A DNA stretch of 64,000 bases, from contig NC_091282.1 of NCBI RefSeq assembly GCF_032444005.1, forward strand, positions 495,504,001 through 495,568,000, given 5' to 3'. The position numbers and the translations under genes were made by a program. The notes beneath the pieces were generated by a model. That model worked only from the letters and a program-made list of their open reading frames with translations. It did no database searches and was not told the origin of the DNA. Position 1 is the first letter of the stretch, and each line of letters opens with the position of its first letter. The stretch is from Ranitomeya imitator. Lineage: Eukaryota. Below are positions 34,985 through 48,029 of this stretch, in pieces.

Positions 34985-36531
34985 CTTTGTCTGACTGTCT
35001 GGGGCTGTGGCAATGCTGGAGACCATGGGGCAGATTGCTGGACACACTGGGGCAGTACTGGAGACCATGGGGCAGAATGCTGGACACACTGGGGCAATAC
35101 AGGAGACCCTGGGGCAGATTGCTGGACACACTGGGGCAATACTGGAGACCCTGGGGCAGATTTCTGGACACATTGAGGCAATGCTGGAGACCCTGGGGCA
35201 GACTTCTGGGCAGATTGCTGGACACACTGGGGGTAATATACTGGGGGTAATATACTGGACACACTGGGGCAATGCTGGACACTGGGGGTAATATGCTGGA
35301 CACACTGGGGCAGACTGCTGGACACACTGGGGAAAGGCTGGACACTGAGGGCAGATTGCTGGACACACTGGGGGTAATATGCTGGACATACTGGGGCAGA
35401 TTGCTGGACACACTGGGGGTAATATGCTGGACACACTGGGGCAGATTGCTGGACAACATGGGGGTAATATGCTGGACACACTGGGGCAGATTGCTGGACA
35501 ACATGGGGGTAATATGCTGGACACACTGGGGGCAGGACTTGAGGCATGGGCAGAATGTAGATACGGGGCATGATTGGAGACACGGGGCAGGATTGGATCA
35601 TGGGGCAGGACGGATACGATGGAGGCTGGTGGGGCAGGATGGGGAGATCATATGGGGTAGAATGGATACTCATGAGGGCAGGATACGACAACATATGGCT
35701 GGAGCCAGGAATGAGATAAACAGGGCCAGGGTGGGGAATATTATTACCATAGGGGATAATTAAGGGATATTGTTACTGCAGTGATGTATTCATTTTATTT
35801 TTTGAGTATACTGTTTTAAATGGGGGGGCGGTCCTGTTACTGTGCAGAGTGACACTATATCACCTTTTTTTCTTCATGTGGTGTAATGTAGAAGTTGTGA
35901 AAAATTAAGTAATGTGTTCTGCAAGCGGAGCTCGAGATAACTGTTATTTCCTGCAGAAACGAGTCCTGGCTGGAAGGAATGATGGCGGTCTGTGCTGGAT
36001 GAAAGATGAAGGACTTCACCTAGAGACGTCACTGGTGAGTCAGTGTTACCTATACACTGACACTATACACTGTATACTATATAGAGGTCCTGTGTATAAT
36101 GTCACCAGTGATCTCTGTATTACCTCTACACAGACACTGCATACTAAGTACAGATCTCCTGTGAATACTGGCACTTATGGTGATAGTATTGTGGTTTTTT
36201 TTTTTATTACTGATCAGTATTGTAGTATTCAGTCACTATGTGGTGGTAATATGTGGTCTGGAAATGGTGCGGTGGTATTTGTCCCTTGTATGTAGTATTA
36301 TTCGGTCACTATGTGGCCTGGTCATGGTGTGGTGGTATTAAGTCACAGGTGTGGCATGTGGGGGTGACACCATTAGGCCCAGTTTAAGTTCTACAAAACA
36401 GGAAAACCATTTTTGGTAACCTTTGTGTGTATTGAGCTGGGGGGGGGATGGGGGGATGGGGGGATGGGGGAGGGGGGGGGCGCCAAACTCGGGATCAGCC
36501 CCGGGCGGCAAAAGCTCTAGCTACGCCTCTG
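34557..36531. mobile_element. hAT-type non-autonomous element in PLIN2 intron 2, with an internal minisatellite (~35000-35530)
   Basis: TIR CAGTGGCGTAG / CTACGCCTCTG; perfect 8-bp TSD CAGGATCT (34549-34556, 36532-36539). Confidence 0.92.
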
Positions 36532-38979
36532 CAGGATCTGCTGTGTCTCCCTCAGGCTGGGTCTGGTGCAGATCTCTAGTTCTCTGCACTTACCTGTGTC
36601 CTCAGTGAGGATTATGCAGATGACTGATTGATATGTAATAATAGGGGTAAATGAGCTGTCCACCATCTCTGTATGCAGTAATGGATTGGTATTCTAGGCT
36701 GCAATGCCTGTACAATGCTATGTGGTGTGTGTGGGTTTTTTTTTTTTTTTTTGAGAGAACTACTTGCCCATAAGTAACTTGATGGCAAGATTAAAAACGC
36801 ATCACTTAAGGTACCATAAACAATTGGTTCCTCTCTAGGCTATTAATATCTGCCCTCAGTCACTGGCTTTCCCTCTGGTGGAGAAAATTGCGTGGGTGCC
36901 CACACCAGTTTTCTTTGTGAATTAATCCTTTAACACCTACAGCTTCAAAACTTTACACGCTACTAACATTATTAGTGAGGGACATATAAATCTAACAGAT
37001 ATGCACTGGTTTACTGTATGTAAATCATGTCTCATATCCTGTCGGGTTCAGTAATTCAATTAGCAGAATAGCCAACAATGATTTTACTGATGCCATCTAG
37101 CTCTGCATGAAACATAAAGAGAATATATTCTTTATATGTATAATGTATATAAATTTATTTTTATGAATATTTGAGGCCATGGATTTATTCTGTCCATTTT
37201 GCAAGCCGGCGAGAATCGTGCCATACGGATGTCACACGGATACTTTCTTTTTTTTTTTTTTTTTTGAGGGGGAAAAAAATCGTATCCTCGCATTGCACAC
37301 GGATGACACACAGATGACTGTTTGGGAACATTTCTGCGTATCTCAGCCATATAACTAAAAAAAGTGTTTTTATACATTGTGTGACGTCAGCCTGAGAGTG
37401 AAGACAGGACATAAGGATTTCTTCCAGGCACTGCACCCCCTGGAAGAAATCATTAATGTAAAGAGCATAACATAAGAAATTTCAATCCCTAATTAAGAGT
37501 AGTGGGGGGGGGGGGTTTTCTTTTAGCCCCAAAGAGGGAGTACCCATTTGACCCGGCATGTTCATTCTGGGAGAATGCACCAAAGTTTCTTTTCAAGCAC
37601 AGCGCAATCATCTGGTGATGTTACCCTATACTCACAACTGGGGTCCGCTACTATAGCTGTAATCAGGGTTTCCTGGTTAGGGGCCCAATCAGATTTTTCC
37701 ACACTCTACGACATAACTGATCTTGAGGACTTCAACTTCGCACAATTACACACATTCCAAGTGCTTCTGGACTAGCCAGATCTTTTGTCTAGGCAATCCA
37801 CACACTGCCATGTATTGATTATCTGGAAGTTCAATGCAGTGTAACTAGCATGAGACTGAAGCTGTGGCAGAAACACAGCTGTCAGATACAGCCAGACTCC
37901 ACAGAGAAGATGAACATGGTTTATACCATGTTTATCGGTCGTCCATGACAGCACTACGGAGAGAGGGGATCCGCCCTTCAGGAACAGGAAACCTACAGAT
38001 ACATAAGGGCGGCACCTCTCCCACGCATCAGTTGGTTTCCTGTTCCTGGAGGACAGGATTCCCTTCAGATACGACGACTTCGTTCACCTATCAACACCCA
38101 GGCCGGCTGTCCGACCCAGGTAGCGAGGGGGTCTCCTACCTTGGGCAGTGCGGGTCCCTGGAAGCACCACGGTAGGTCCAGGTAGGACTCCACGACAGTG
38201 AGCGGTGCAGGCTGGAGCGACGTCCGGAGGAGGTCCATCCCCAGTGGCAGCAAGGTGAGTATGTCTCCCCCCACCCCCCAGAGCGGTTCACCCTCCTGAG
38301 CCTCGGTCTTCCCCACCTCTGGCCCCCGTCAGTGCAGTGCGGTGCAGGCTTTTCGGGAGCGCCCTGTGCGCTCCTTTCGGTTCGGGGGTCGGGCGCTGGC
38401 TTCTGCCGCGATCGCCGCTGCGGTAGTGTAACGGCAGGTGGCTGGGGGTCCGGCGGAGCCGTCCCCGGCTTCCGGGAGCGTCCCTGAGCTCTCTGCCCGA
38501 AGCCGGAAGTGACGTGCAGGGGGCGGGGCCTAACCGGAAGTGAAACGCCGGCCGTTTTTTTGCTTACAGCGCCGCTGTCCTGCATGCAGCGGGGGAGGGG
38601 TGATTGGGGGTGGGGGAGCGTCCTGCACGTGGGGGGGTTGATTCAGCCACACAGCTGCACATGATCCGGGGGAAGGGCTATTTATAGCCGAACAGAACGC
38701 TGCAGGGCTGCTTGTGTGCCCATCTGCAGCTATGGATGAGCCGGAAGCTGCCGTCGGTCTGCTGGAGCAGGACAGATCCTCGGAGAAGTCCCATGCAAAC
38801 CCCCCAGCCGTAGACCCGCGGACGCAGTAATCAGCCCAGTCGCAGATCTAGACAATGGGATCTGGACCGACCCGCCCCCCCCCCCCCCAGTGATCCGGTA
38901 CCTACCGCTACTGCCTGGGTAAGAGATCTACGTGAACATACCCTGATGCAGTCTTTTTTCCTATGTTTATTTCCGTAGG

Positions 38980-41020
38980 GGAAAAAATGCGCTGGTAAAG
39001 TAAAAAACAAGGAGTGCGCACTATGCGCTTGCCCTTTGCCAGACGCCTACCCTAAGAGACTTTGTCAGTCATGTGTGCGGCAGACGGTAGGAAATTGATG
39101 GGAACACGGTTTAGCGGTAGCACCGGGGTAAAATTACATAGCCTTTTTCTCCGCTCCCATAGGTGGCGGAAGAGTCTCCTGATTTTACATCAAACCTTAG
39201 GGAGATTATCAGGAAGGAGGTGAAAGATTCCCTAAAATCCCTGTCCCGGGGGGAAACTTCCAAAAGAAGAAGGGAGCCTAGCGCCTCAGATTCGGATTCG
39301 TCCACTGGCCCTAGAAAGGAGAATGATTCAGACACTTCTGTTTCCTCAGCGTCCTCTTCAGAAGAGGATTCTAATCGTTTCTGTTTCCCGCTGGACCAGA
39401 TGGACAAGCTGATCAAATCAGTTAGATCCACCATGGGGGTGGCTGACGAAAGGCCAGAACTTTCAGCGCAGGATCTAATGTTTGGCAGTCTAGACCCAAA
39501 AAAGCGTAGGTCTTTTCCGCTTAATGACAAGGTTCAGAACCTTATCAAAAGGGATTGGAAAAAGCCAGAGAAGAAAGGCTCCTTTCCACCGGCCTTTAAA
39601 CGCAGATATCCCTTTGAGGACCCCCTGGTGAATACGTGGGATAAAGCACCAAAATTGGACGCAGCAGTAGCTAAGGCGTCTAAAAGATCATCTATCCCCT
39701 TTGACGACATGGCTTCCCTAAGAGATCCCCTCGATAAGAAGGCTGACTCTTTTCTTAAAGGTGCATGAAAAGAAGCTGCGGAGACACCATCACGTGTTTC
39801 TCGACGCAAGCAGTGAATAGCCAGGCCTTTACCCGGGAAGGAACAACCACGGGAAGGGCAGCATCCTATGAAGGAAAGCCACCTATGCCAAGCATGGTAT
39901 CCATCCACAGACAGCTGTTTCGGGGTTTTTTGCCCCTCATCAGTGTGGAGTAGGAATCTGGCTATTAGGAGCAGTGCCTAGTAAAAAGGCTATAAAGGCA
40001 CAGATGATTGGCCTCGGGGAGACCAAAACATCCAACACCGTGGAGACACCATCACGTGTTTCTCAACGCAGTGATTCCAGAACACTGCCCTCATCCCTTA
40101 TGGGAAATATGCAGGTGCATGAAAAGAAGCTGCGGAGACACCACCACGTGTTTCTCGATGCAAGCAGTGAATAGCCAGGCCTTTCCCCGGGAAGGAACAA
40201 CCACGGGAAGGGCTTTCCTTCATAGGATGCTGCCCTTCCCGTGGTTGTTCCTTCCCGGGGAAAGGCCTGGCTATTCACTGCTTGCGTCGAGAAACACGTG
40301 ATGGTGTCTCCGCAGCTTCTTTTCATGCATCTGCATATTTCCCATAAGGGATGGGGGCAGTGTTCTGGAATCACTGCGTTGAGAAACACGTGATGGTGTC
40401 TCCGCGGTGTTGGATGTTTTGGTCTCCCCGAGGCCAATCATCTGTGCCTTTATAGTCTTTTCTTAAAGGGACATGGGAGATGTCGGCGGGTGCCTTAAGA
40501 CCTGCAGTAGCGGTGACATGTGCAGCCAGATCAATGATGGTTTGGCTGGATCAGCTAGGATCCAAATTGGAAGAGGGAGTCTCCAGGGATTCTATGTTAA
40601 AATTCCTGCCAACAATTCAGAATGCCGCTGCCTTTATCGCGGACGAATCTGCAGATTCGGCAAGGATGGCGGCCAGAGCGGCTGGATTATCAAATGCGGC
40701 ACGCAGGGCCCTGTGGCTGAAATGTTGGCCGGGTGACCTTCAATCGAGATCCCGTCTGCTCTATCCCATGCGAAGGGGAATACCTGTTTGGTCCAGTCCT
40801 GGACGAACTGCTGGAGAAAGCCGGAGACGAGAAGAAAAAATTTCCCAGTCTACCGACCACTTCTTACAGGCGTCCCTTTGCAGGGAAAAGGTTCTTCCGA
40901 AGGAGAGCGGCTAGAGACCAGAGCAGATGGGACGATAAAAGGAAGAAAGGTACTGGATTTATGTTTGGAGGTGGGGGACGTCAGGAACCATCCCGGGAAG
41001 TCAAAAAACCACCCCAATGA
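38980..41020 (+). pseudogene. DIRS ORF1 (gag-like), interrupted by a ~700-bp inverted rearrangement
   Basis: CALC..CQSC finger near 39010-39080; ORF 39163-39768 (..WDKAPKLDAAV..LRDPLDKKADSFLKG) resumes at 40470 (..SAGALRPAVAVT..SNAARRALWLK.W.GD). Confidence 0.8.
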
Positions 41021-41032
41021 CTAGTCGCCCCG

Positions 41033-42927
41033 GTGGGAGGTAGACTATCTGCCTTCTACCCGGCCTGGTCCAAGATCTCCAGTAGTGATTGGATTTTGGG
41101 GATAATAGCTACGGGTCTGCGGCTAGAGTTCTCCTCTATCCCTCAGAACTTCTTCAGAATCACCCCTCTCAGGTCCTCTCCAGCAGAACAGGCGGCCCTG
41201 GAAGCGGAAGTTCACGACCTGCTCAATAAGAATGTCCTGTCAGAGGTTCCGGAAGGAGAACAGGGTAGTGGATTCTACTCTCCTCTATTCCTGATACGTA
41301 AACCTGACGGCTCCTTCAAAACAATTATTAACCTTAGAGCTCTGAATAATTTCCTGACCGTTCAATCATTTAAAATGGAAACTATAAACACCGCAATAAA
41401 GCTGCTGTTTAAAAACTGCTTTATGGTAGTATTGGATTTGAAGGACGCCTATTACCATATCCCTATTTATGCAGGTCACCAACGATACCTTAGGGTGGCG
41501 GTACAATTGGATGGGGTAGTAAAACACTTCCAGTATAGGGCCCTTCCCTTTGGTATTTCGGTCGCCCCTCGGGTGTTTACCAAAGTAATGGCGGAAGTTA
41601 TGGCACACCTGCACGAGTCTGACATTCTAATAATCCCCTACCTGGACGATCTCCTTATCGTAGGTAAAACGGCGGATCACTGTCTGGAGCAGTTACATAA
41701 AGTGATGTCGGCTCTAGAGCGTCTGGGGTGGATGCTAAACGTTAAAAAATCACGGTTACAGCCCATGACGGTGCAGCGTTTTTTTTTTTTTTTTTTTTGC
41801 CTGATCCTGGATTCCCAGGTTCAGGAATGCCGTTTGCCTCAAGAAAAAATTGATCGCCTGCACCTTCAAGTGCTGAATGCCTCTAAAAATCCCCACCATG
41901 TCCCTACGAAGAGCCATGTCTGTTAGGCGCTCTCTCTCGTCCTGTATTCCAGCGGTCCGATGGGCCCAGTATAATACAAGGATACTTCAGGGCGAGGTGC
42001 TGTTACATCAAAAAAGGTTGGGGGGGATGTCTGGAGAGCCTGCTGACCCTATCCCAAGACGCTATTGTATCTCTCGGATGGCTAGACCGAGAGAACCTGT
42101 CCACGGGGGTCCCCTGGGAATATAATGTAACTCGTATTGTCACCTCGGACGCTAGCCCTTCTGGGTGGGGGGCTCACATGGGGGATTCATTGGTCCAGGG
42201 GCTTTGGGATCGTGATCAGATGGAGATGTCTTCCAATCTAAAGGAGTTAACGGCTGTGGAACAGGCGGTTAAAACACTCCTTGTCTATCTACAGGGCCAC
42301 CACGTGTGGGTATTCTCGGACAATCGGGTCACCGTGGCATACATAAATCACCAAGGCGGGACTCAATCCAAATCCCTGATGTGTGTAGCAGATCGTCGGT
42401 TTCATCTAGCAGAGCAACATCTTCTCTCATTGACGGCTCTTCACATAAGAGGGGCAGAAAACACTACGGCGGATTTCTTAAGCCGCAACACATTAAGGCA
42501 GGGAGAGTGGTCCCTGAACGGCTCCATCTTCAACCTCATCGTGGAAAGATGGGGTCAGCCAGAGGTAGACCTGTTTGCCACAAAAGAAAACAGGAAAGTG
42601 GCACAATTCTGCTCGCTGAACCCCAGAGAAAATCCCCTGTCAGTAGACGCCCTCCTCATAGACTGGAACTTCAGGCTAGCCTACACCTTTCCTCCCCTGT
42701 CTCTACTTCCTCTGGTGGTGAGGAAAATCAGGAAGGACAAAGCCACAGTGATATTAATTGCCCCCTTCTGGCCCAGAAGGACGTGGTTTCCATGCCTGAG
42801 GGCTATGTCGGTGTCCGATCCATGGGTCTTGCCAGACATCCCGCATCTCCTATCCCAGGGCCCAGTCTACCATCCTCGGGCGGTTGGCCTTCATCTGACG
42901 GCATGGATTTTGAGCAGGCGCTGTTAA
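41033..42927 (+). pseudogene. DIRS reverse transcriptase / RNase H / N6-adenine methyltransferase-like ORF, frameshifted
   Basis: GFYSPLFL..KPDGS, LDLKDAYYH, YRALPFG, PYLDDLL, TSDAS..GWG, LKEL, SDN and DLFA..YTFPP..LIAPFWP motifs. A T20 run at 41779-41798 breaks the frame. Confidence 0.9.
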
Positions 42928-43938
42928 AAGATAAGGGGTTCTCTCCGGCCCTCATTAACACGCTGCTGAAGAGCAGAAAAATGATAACGACAAAAATCTG
43001 TCAGAATCTGGAAGAGATTTCTTCAGCACTCGGGGGCAACAGCTGGACAGTCAATACCGATTGTCCAGATCTTGGAATTCTTACAAAAGGGGTTAGATAT
43101 GGGGTTGTCCCCAAATACTCTTAAAGTGCAGGTGTCAGCCTTAGGGGCCCTCTTTGGCTGCAACATTGCTGAGAATCACTGGGTCAGCAGATTCATCAGG
43201 GCGACAAAACGGTCTAGGCCAATGGTGAAGAATAGTCATGCCTTGGGACCTGAACCTAGTCCTCTCAGCCTTGACAGAGGCCCCATTTGAGCCAATTACT
43301 TCAGCCTCTATTAAACATCTATCCCTTAAAGTAGCCTTCCTGGTGGCCATAACATCGGCGCGTAGGATAGGTGACATACAAGCATTATCCAGGGTTCCCC
43401 CTTACATGCAGCTTAGGGATGATAGAGGGATACTATCCCCTGATCTAGCATATCTTCCTAAAGTAGTGTCCAGTTTCCACAGAACACAGGAAATAGTTCT
43501 TCCATCTTTCCTCCCCAATCCTACTAACGATAAGGAAAGGAAGTTACACACTTTAGATGTAAAAAGATGTATCTTGGAATATCTACGTAGCAGTAACTGA
43601 TCCCTGGAAGATAAGATAACGCCCTATTCGTGTCCTACCAGGGTAGTAGGAAGGGTCATAGAGCTTCGAAATCTACTTTAGCTAAATGGATCAAGGAGGC
43701 TCTCGCTGGCATACATCTCAAAGGGCAAGCCGGCGCCTGAAGGTCTTAAAGCGCATTCCACTAGAGCTATGGCGGCTTTGTGGGCGGAAAGATTGGAGGT
43801 TTCGATCGACCAGATTTGTAAAGCTGCTACTTGGTCTTCCTCAAACACATTCTATAACCACTATAGATTGAACCTGGGTGCCTCTTCTGACCTCTCTTTT
43901 GGTGTAAGGGTGCTGCAAGCTGTAGTCCCTCCCTAGTT
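42900..43938 (+). pseudogene. DIRS tyrosine recombinase, broken
   Basis: PWDLNLVL, KVAFLVAITSARR, AHSTRA and WSSSNTF.NHY motifs across several frames. Confidence 0.88.
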
Positions 43939-44811
43939 AGTTACTCTCTGTAATTCTCTCCGTATTGCTGTCATGGACGACCGAATAAAGTCTTAGTTAC
44001 TCACCGGTTAACGGTGTTTCTCGGAGTCCATGACAGCACCTGTACATACCCTCCCGTCTTCTTAAGTTCTGGGTGTACACCTCTTCCTTTGTTTATATAA
44101 TTCACGGGTAGTGAATAGTTAATATTGTATTGTTTATTATGAATGCTATTAACCTTGGTGGTCCTCTTGTGCTCTGTAAACCAACTGATGCGTGGGAGAG
44201 GTGCCGCCCTTATGTATCTGTAGGTTTCCTGTTCCTGAAGGGCGGATCCCCTCTCTCCGTAGTGCTGTCATGGACTCCGAGAAACACCGTTAACCGGTGA
44301 GTAACTTTTCCTTCTGCGTTTCTGTATATTCAGTGCTGTTGCTGTGGTCACAAGGTGCTTGAGGGGAACAGGAGCTGGATGGTCCTAGGTCACTTGTTAA
44401 ACCAGCAGAAATCTGTAACATGGGCTAATATATCAACCCTAGTTATAGGGGAATAAATCAGCAATTTAAAATGTGCACCTCTTGTATCCTGAGGCTTTAT
44501 GGTCTCTTATGCCATGCTCACTTTTACAAACTATCTAAATTGCTGTTTCAATCCCTTCCACATTGCAAAGAATTTACATATTAGAAATTCTCAAAGAGGA
44601 TCACCACTTAAATTGTCATATGTACCGTAATTTTTTTTTTATTTTTTTATTATATATAACTTTGTTTAAAGTATGTGTATGATGAAGGGTTGGGCCATGG
44701 CCCAGCCAAATGGTCATACTATTTTCCTTAATGTGAAAATGACTGGCACTATGAATCTGACCTGTAGAAAAAACTCCTCAAGCGTTTGTGTTCTCCTATA
44801 AACCTGTCTAA

Positions 44812-45670
44812 GGCCTGTCCCACACGGTACCGGAATTATCTGTGGCACACGTGCGGCAGCCGTGTGCCAACTGGGTACCACACGCACCGTGCAGGTGACA
44901 GCGCCATAGTTAAGTGCTGTCCCCTGCTTTGGGTGCTGAATCCAGAATTCCTTCTTCCCAGCAGCGCTCGCTGGAGAGAAGGAAAAATCATATATATAAT
45001 TTTTTATTTTTTTTTTTTTGTTAAAATAAAGTTCCTGGTAATCTCTGCTCTCCCTCCCCTCCCCCTGTGTGCCCGCCCGCTGGCATTAAAATACTTTCCC
45101 AGCTCCCCCGATGCATCCTCTCAGCGTCGCAGCTCTTCCTGTATGAGCGGTCATGTGGTGCCGCACATTAGTGATGAATATGCGGCTCCACCCCTATGGG
45201 GGAGAGGAAACGCCAAGGGAGCTGGGTAAGTATTTTAATGCCAGTGGGCAGGCGCACAGGGGGAGGGAGGGGGGAGATTACCGAGAACTTTATTTTAACA
45301 AAAAAATGATTCTTCATTCCTTCGCTCCAGCAAACGCTGCTGGAGAGAAGAAATGAATGGGGCTTCAGCACCACAATCTGGGTGGACAGAGCTTACTGTA
45401 GCACTGTCTCCTGCATGGCACACAGACTGCACACGGACAACATCCGTGTGCGGTATGTGTCTTACACGGACCCATTGACTTTATTGGGTCCATGCGCTCC
45501 CACGAACACTGACATGTCTCCGTGTTTTCCAAACGGACACACGGTCCGTGAAAACACGCTGACATGTGCAGAGACACATTGATTTTAATGTGTCTACGTT
45601 AGTCAGTGTCTCCGGTACGTGAGGAAACTGTCACCTCATGTACCGGAGCCACTGATGTGTGAAACCGGCC
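44812..45670. mobile_element. PIF/Harbinger-type MITE, related to 31579-32327
   Basis: TAA|GGCCTGTCCCACAC ... GTGTGAAACCGGCC|TAA; internal segments shared with the 31.6-kb copy. Confidence 0.82.
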
Positions 45671-46022
45671 TAAATGTGTAGCTATAAGTAACTTCTGGTT
45701 CACACCCCTTTTGTGATCCAACATCGTCAAGTCTTGTGATTTGGAAGCGGCACTAGAAATTGGGGTAGTATCTGATTAACAATTGTTTAGGTAATATATT
45801 TGTTTGGTGCTTGGGATCAATCATCACTGTAGCATACCACTTATTTTGCTAAATAGGGGAGTGTTCAACTGATCACACATTAATGGCCTATCTCTGGAAA
45901 CACACTCCAATGCATGAAATGGTTTATTTTAATGAAACAACTTTATTATGAATGGAATTGCAAAAGCATCTGTGTACGAGTTTTTTTTTTTTTTTTTTTT
46001 TTTTTCGCTCTCTCCCCTTTAG

Positions 46023-46218
46023 AATGTTGCGGTAAGGCTGATAAACCTCCCACTGGTGAGCTCTACATATGACATGGTGTTCTCTGCCTACGTGACCACT
46101 AAAGACCACCATCCCTACCTGAAGTCTGTATGTGGCGTTGCAGAGAAAAGTGTGAGGAGTATCACATCTGTGGCCATCACTGGTGCCATGCCAATCCTGC
46201 AGAAACTTGAGCCTCAAA
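46023..46218 (+). CDS. PLIN2: Perilipin-2 coding exon 2 (PAT domain), 196 bp
   Basis: AG|[37 protein letters not shown]...LQKLEPQ|GTAGGT. Confidence 0.96.
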
Positions 46219-46810
46219 GTAGGTTTGTGGGTTTTTGCACTGTAAAATGTGTTGGCTAATGGTGTGTGGGTTCCCACCCTGGCAGTCTACATGTAAAGTA
46301 AAGGCATTGGTCCTCAAATTTAAAAAAAAAAAAGACAAATCTGAATGTTCATCTCTCACATACAGAAAAATTTCTAACACTCTGATCCAAGAAGTCTCTT
46401 CTTGCACATGGGGTGGGGGAGAATCAAAATTCTAAATTCGGCTTCTTTAGACTCGTGCTTGACTCCATTGAAGAATAGACAATCAATTCTGAGGACTATG
46501 CAATTTCCCAGGCACCCTAAACAAATTTCTGAAGTCACATGCGAAGTAGAGCCTTAGCTGCCATTCTTGGTAGCACACTGATAGAAGTGTATAAGACTCT
46601 ATTCACCATTTCACTACAACTCCAATTAGTCCAGGTTTCTTTTGCCTTGTAACCTCTACTTCTGGCTACCTCAAAGGGTTAACTAGGAAGGATGGGCCAC
46701 TACTGCATGCTTGCCTGCCAGCCCCTGCTAATAGCGTAAGTTTTGACACCTGGCTAGTATTGCTCACAAGAACTCATCTGGATATATAAGTCAGCAGACC
46801 ATTGCATTAA

Positions 46811-47590
46811 GGTACCGTTACACTAAACTATTTACCAACGATACGACCTGGCCGTGATCGTTGGTAAGTCGTTGTGTCGTTGCTGGGGAGCTGTCACACA
46901 GACAGCTCTCTCCAGCAACCAACGATTGGGGAACAACTTCGGCATTGTTGAAGACAGTTTCAACGATGTCGAAGTCCCTGGGTAACCAGGGTAAACATCG
47001 GGTTACTAAGTGCAGGGCTGTGCTTAGTAACCCAATATCTACCCTGGTTACCATTGTAAAAGTAAAAAAAGTACATGCTTACATTCCAATGTCTGTCACG
47101 TCCCCTGGTGTCAGCTTCCCTGCACTGTCAGCGCTGGCCGTAAAGCAGAGCGGTGATGTCACCGCTGTGCTCTGCTTTACGGCCGGCCGGCACTGACACA
47201 GTGCAGGGAAGCGGGGGACGTGACAGACATCGGAATGTAAGTATGTGTGTGTTTTTTTTTTTTTTGTTTTTTTGTTTTTTTTTCCACAAAGGTAACCAGG
47301 GTAAATATCAGCTTACTAAGCGCAGCCCTGCACTTAGTAACCCGATGTTTACCCTGGTTACAGGTGAACACATCGCTAGATCGGCGTCACACGCCAATCT
47401 AGCGATGACAGCGGGGTGATCAGCGACCAAAAAAAGGTCCTGATCATTCCCCACGACCAACGACCTCCCAGCAGGGGCCTGATCGTTGGTCGCTGTCACA
47501 CATAAAGATATAGTTAGCGGTATCGTTGCTACATCACAAAAAGCGTGATGTTGCAACGATATGTTAACGAAATCGTTGTGTGAAGGTACC
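46811..47590. mobile_element. MITE with GGTACC termini, related to 11445-11839
   Basis: TTAA|GGTACCGTTACAC ... GTGTGAAGGTACC|TTAA. The TSD could be read as TTAA or TWA, so the superfamily is ambiguous. Confidence 0.75.
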
Positions 47591-47616
47591 TTAAGATGTC
47601 TTTTTCTTCTCCTCAG

Positions 47617-47699
47617 TTGCTCTGGCAAACAATATGGCCTGTGTTGGACTGGACAAGATTGAGGAGAAGTTGCCTATTCTGTATCAGCCTCCTGAAAAG
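47617..47699 (+). CDS. PLIN2: Perilipin-2 coding exon 3, 83 bp
   Basis: CTCAG|..ALANNMACVGLDKIEEKLPILYQPPEK|GTAAGC; phases are consistent. Confidence 0.96.
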
Positions 47700-47776
47700 G
47701 TAAGCTGCTACAATGATGGTGACCCTTATATTTCTCTTCAGCTTGGATTACACAAGTGTCATGTTGTATATCATAG

Positions 47777-48029
47777 GTTGTGGCCAATGCCTCAGAAGCT
47801 GTTGTTGGTGCCAGAGATGCTGTAATCCATAGTATCACAGGAGTAGTGGATAAAACGAAGGGCGCTGTGCAGGATGGTGTGGAGATGACTAGGGCTGTTG
47901 TAAATGGCAGCATTAATACTGTTCTGGGAAGCCGTGTCGTGAAGATCATGAGCAACCGTGTGGATTCTGCACTAACAAGGTCCGAATCCCTTCTGGAACA
48001 CTACCTGCCACCAACAGATGAGGAACTGG
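47777..48029 (+). CDS. PLIN2: Perilipin-2 coding exon 4 (11-mer repeat region), 253 bp
   Basis: CATAG|VVANASEAVVGARDAV..GVVDKTKGAV..GSINTVLGSR..EHYLPPTDEEL|GTAAGG. Confidence 0.96.

Larger units (their letters stand above)
37931..44306 (+). mobile_element. Full-length DIRS1-type tyrosine-recombinase retrotransposon in PLIN2 intron 2
   Basis: Inverted terminal repeats (37931-38035 versus 44180-44306). An internal complementary region at ~43965-44040 matches both ends. Gag, RT/RNase H/methyltransferase and YR ORFs are present. Confidence 0.93.

Noticed and set aside
34756-35763. Cys/Pro/Gln-rich overlapping ORFs
   Set aside because: These are minisatellite translation artefacts inside a TSD-bounded hAT element in a PLIN2 intron.
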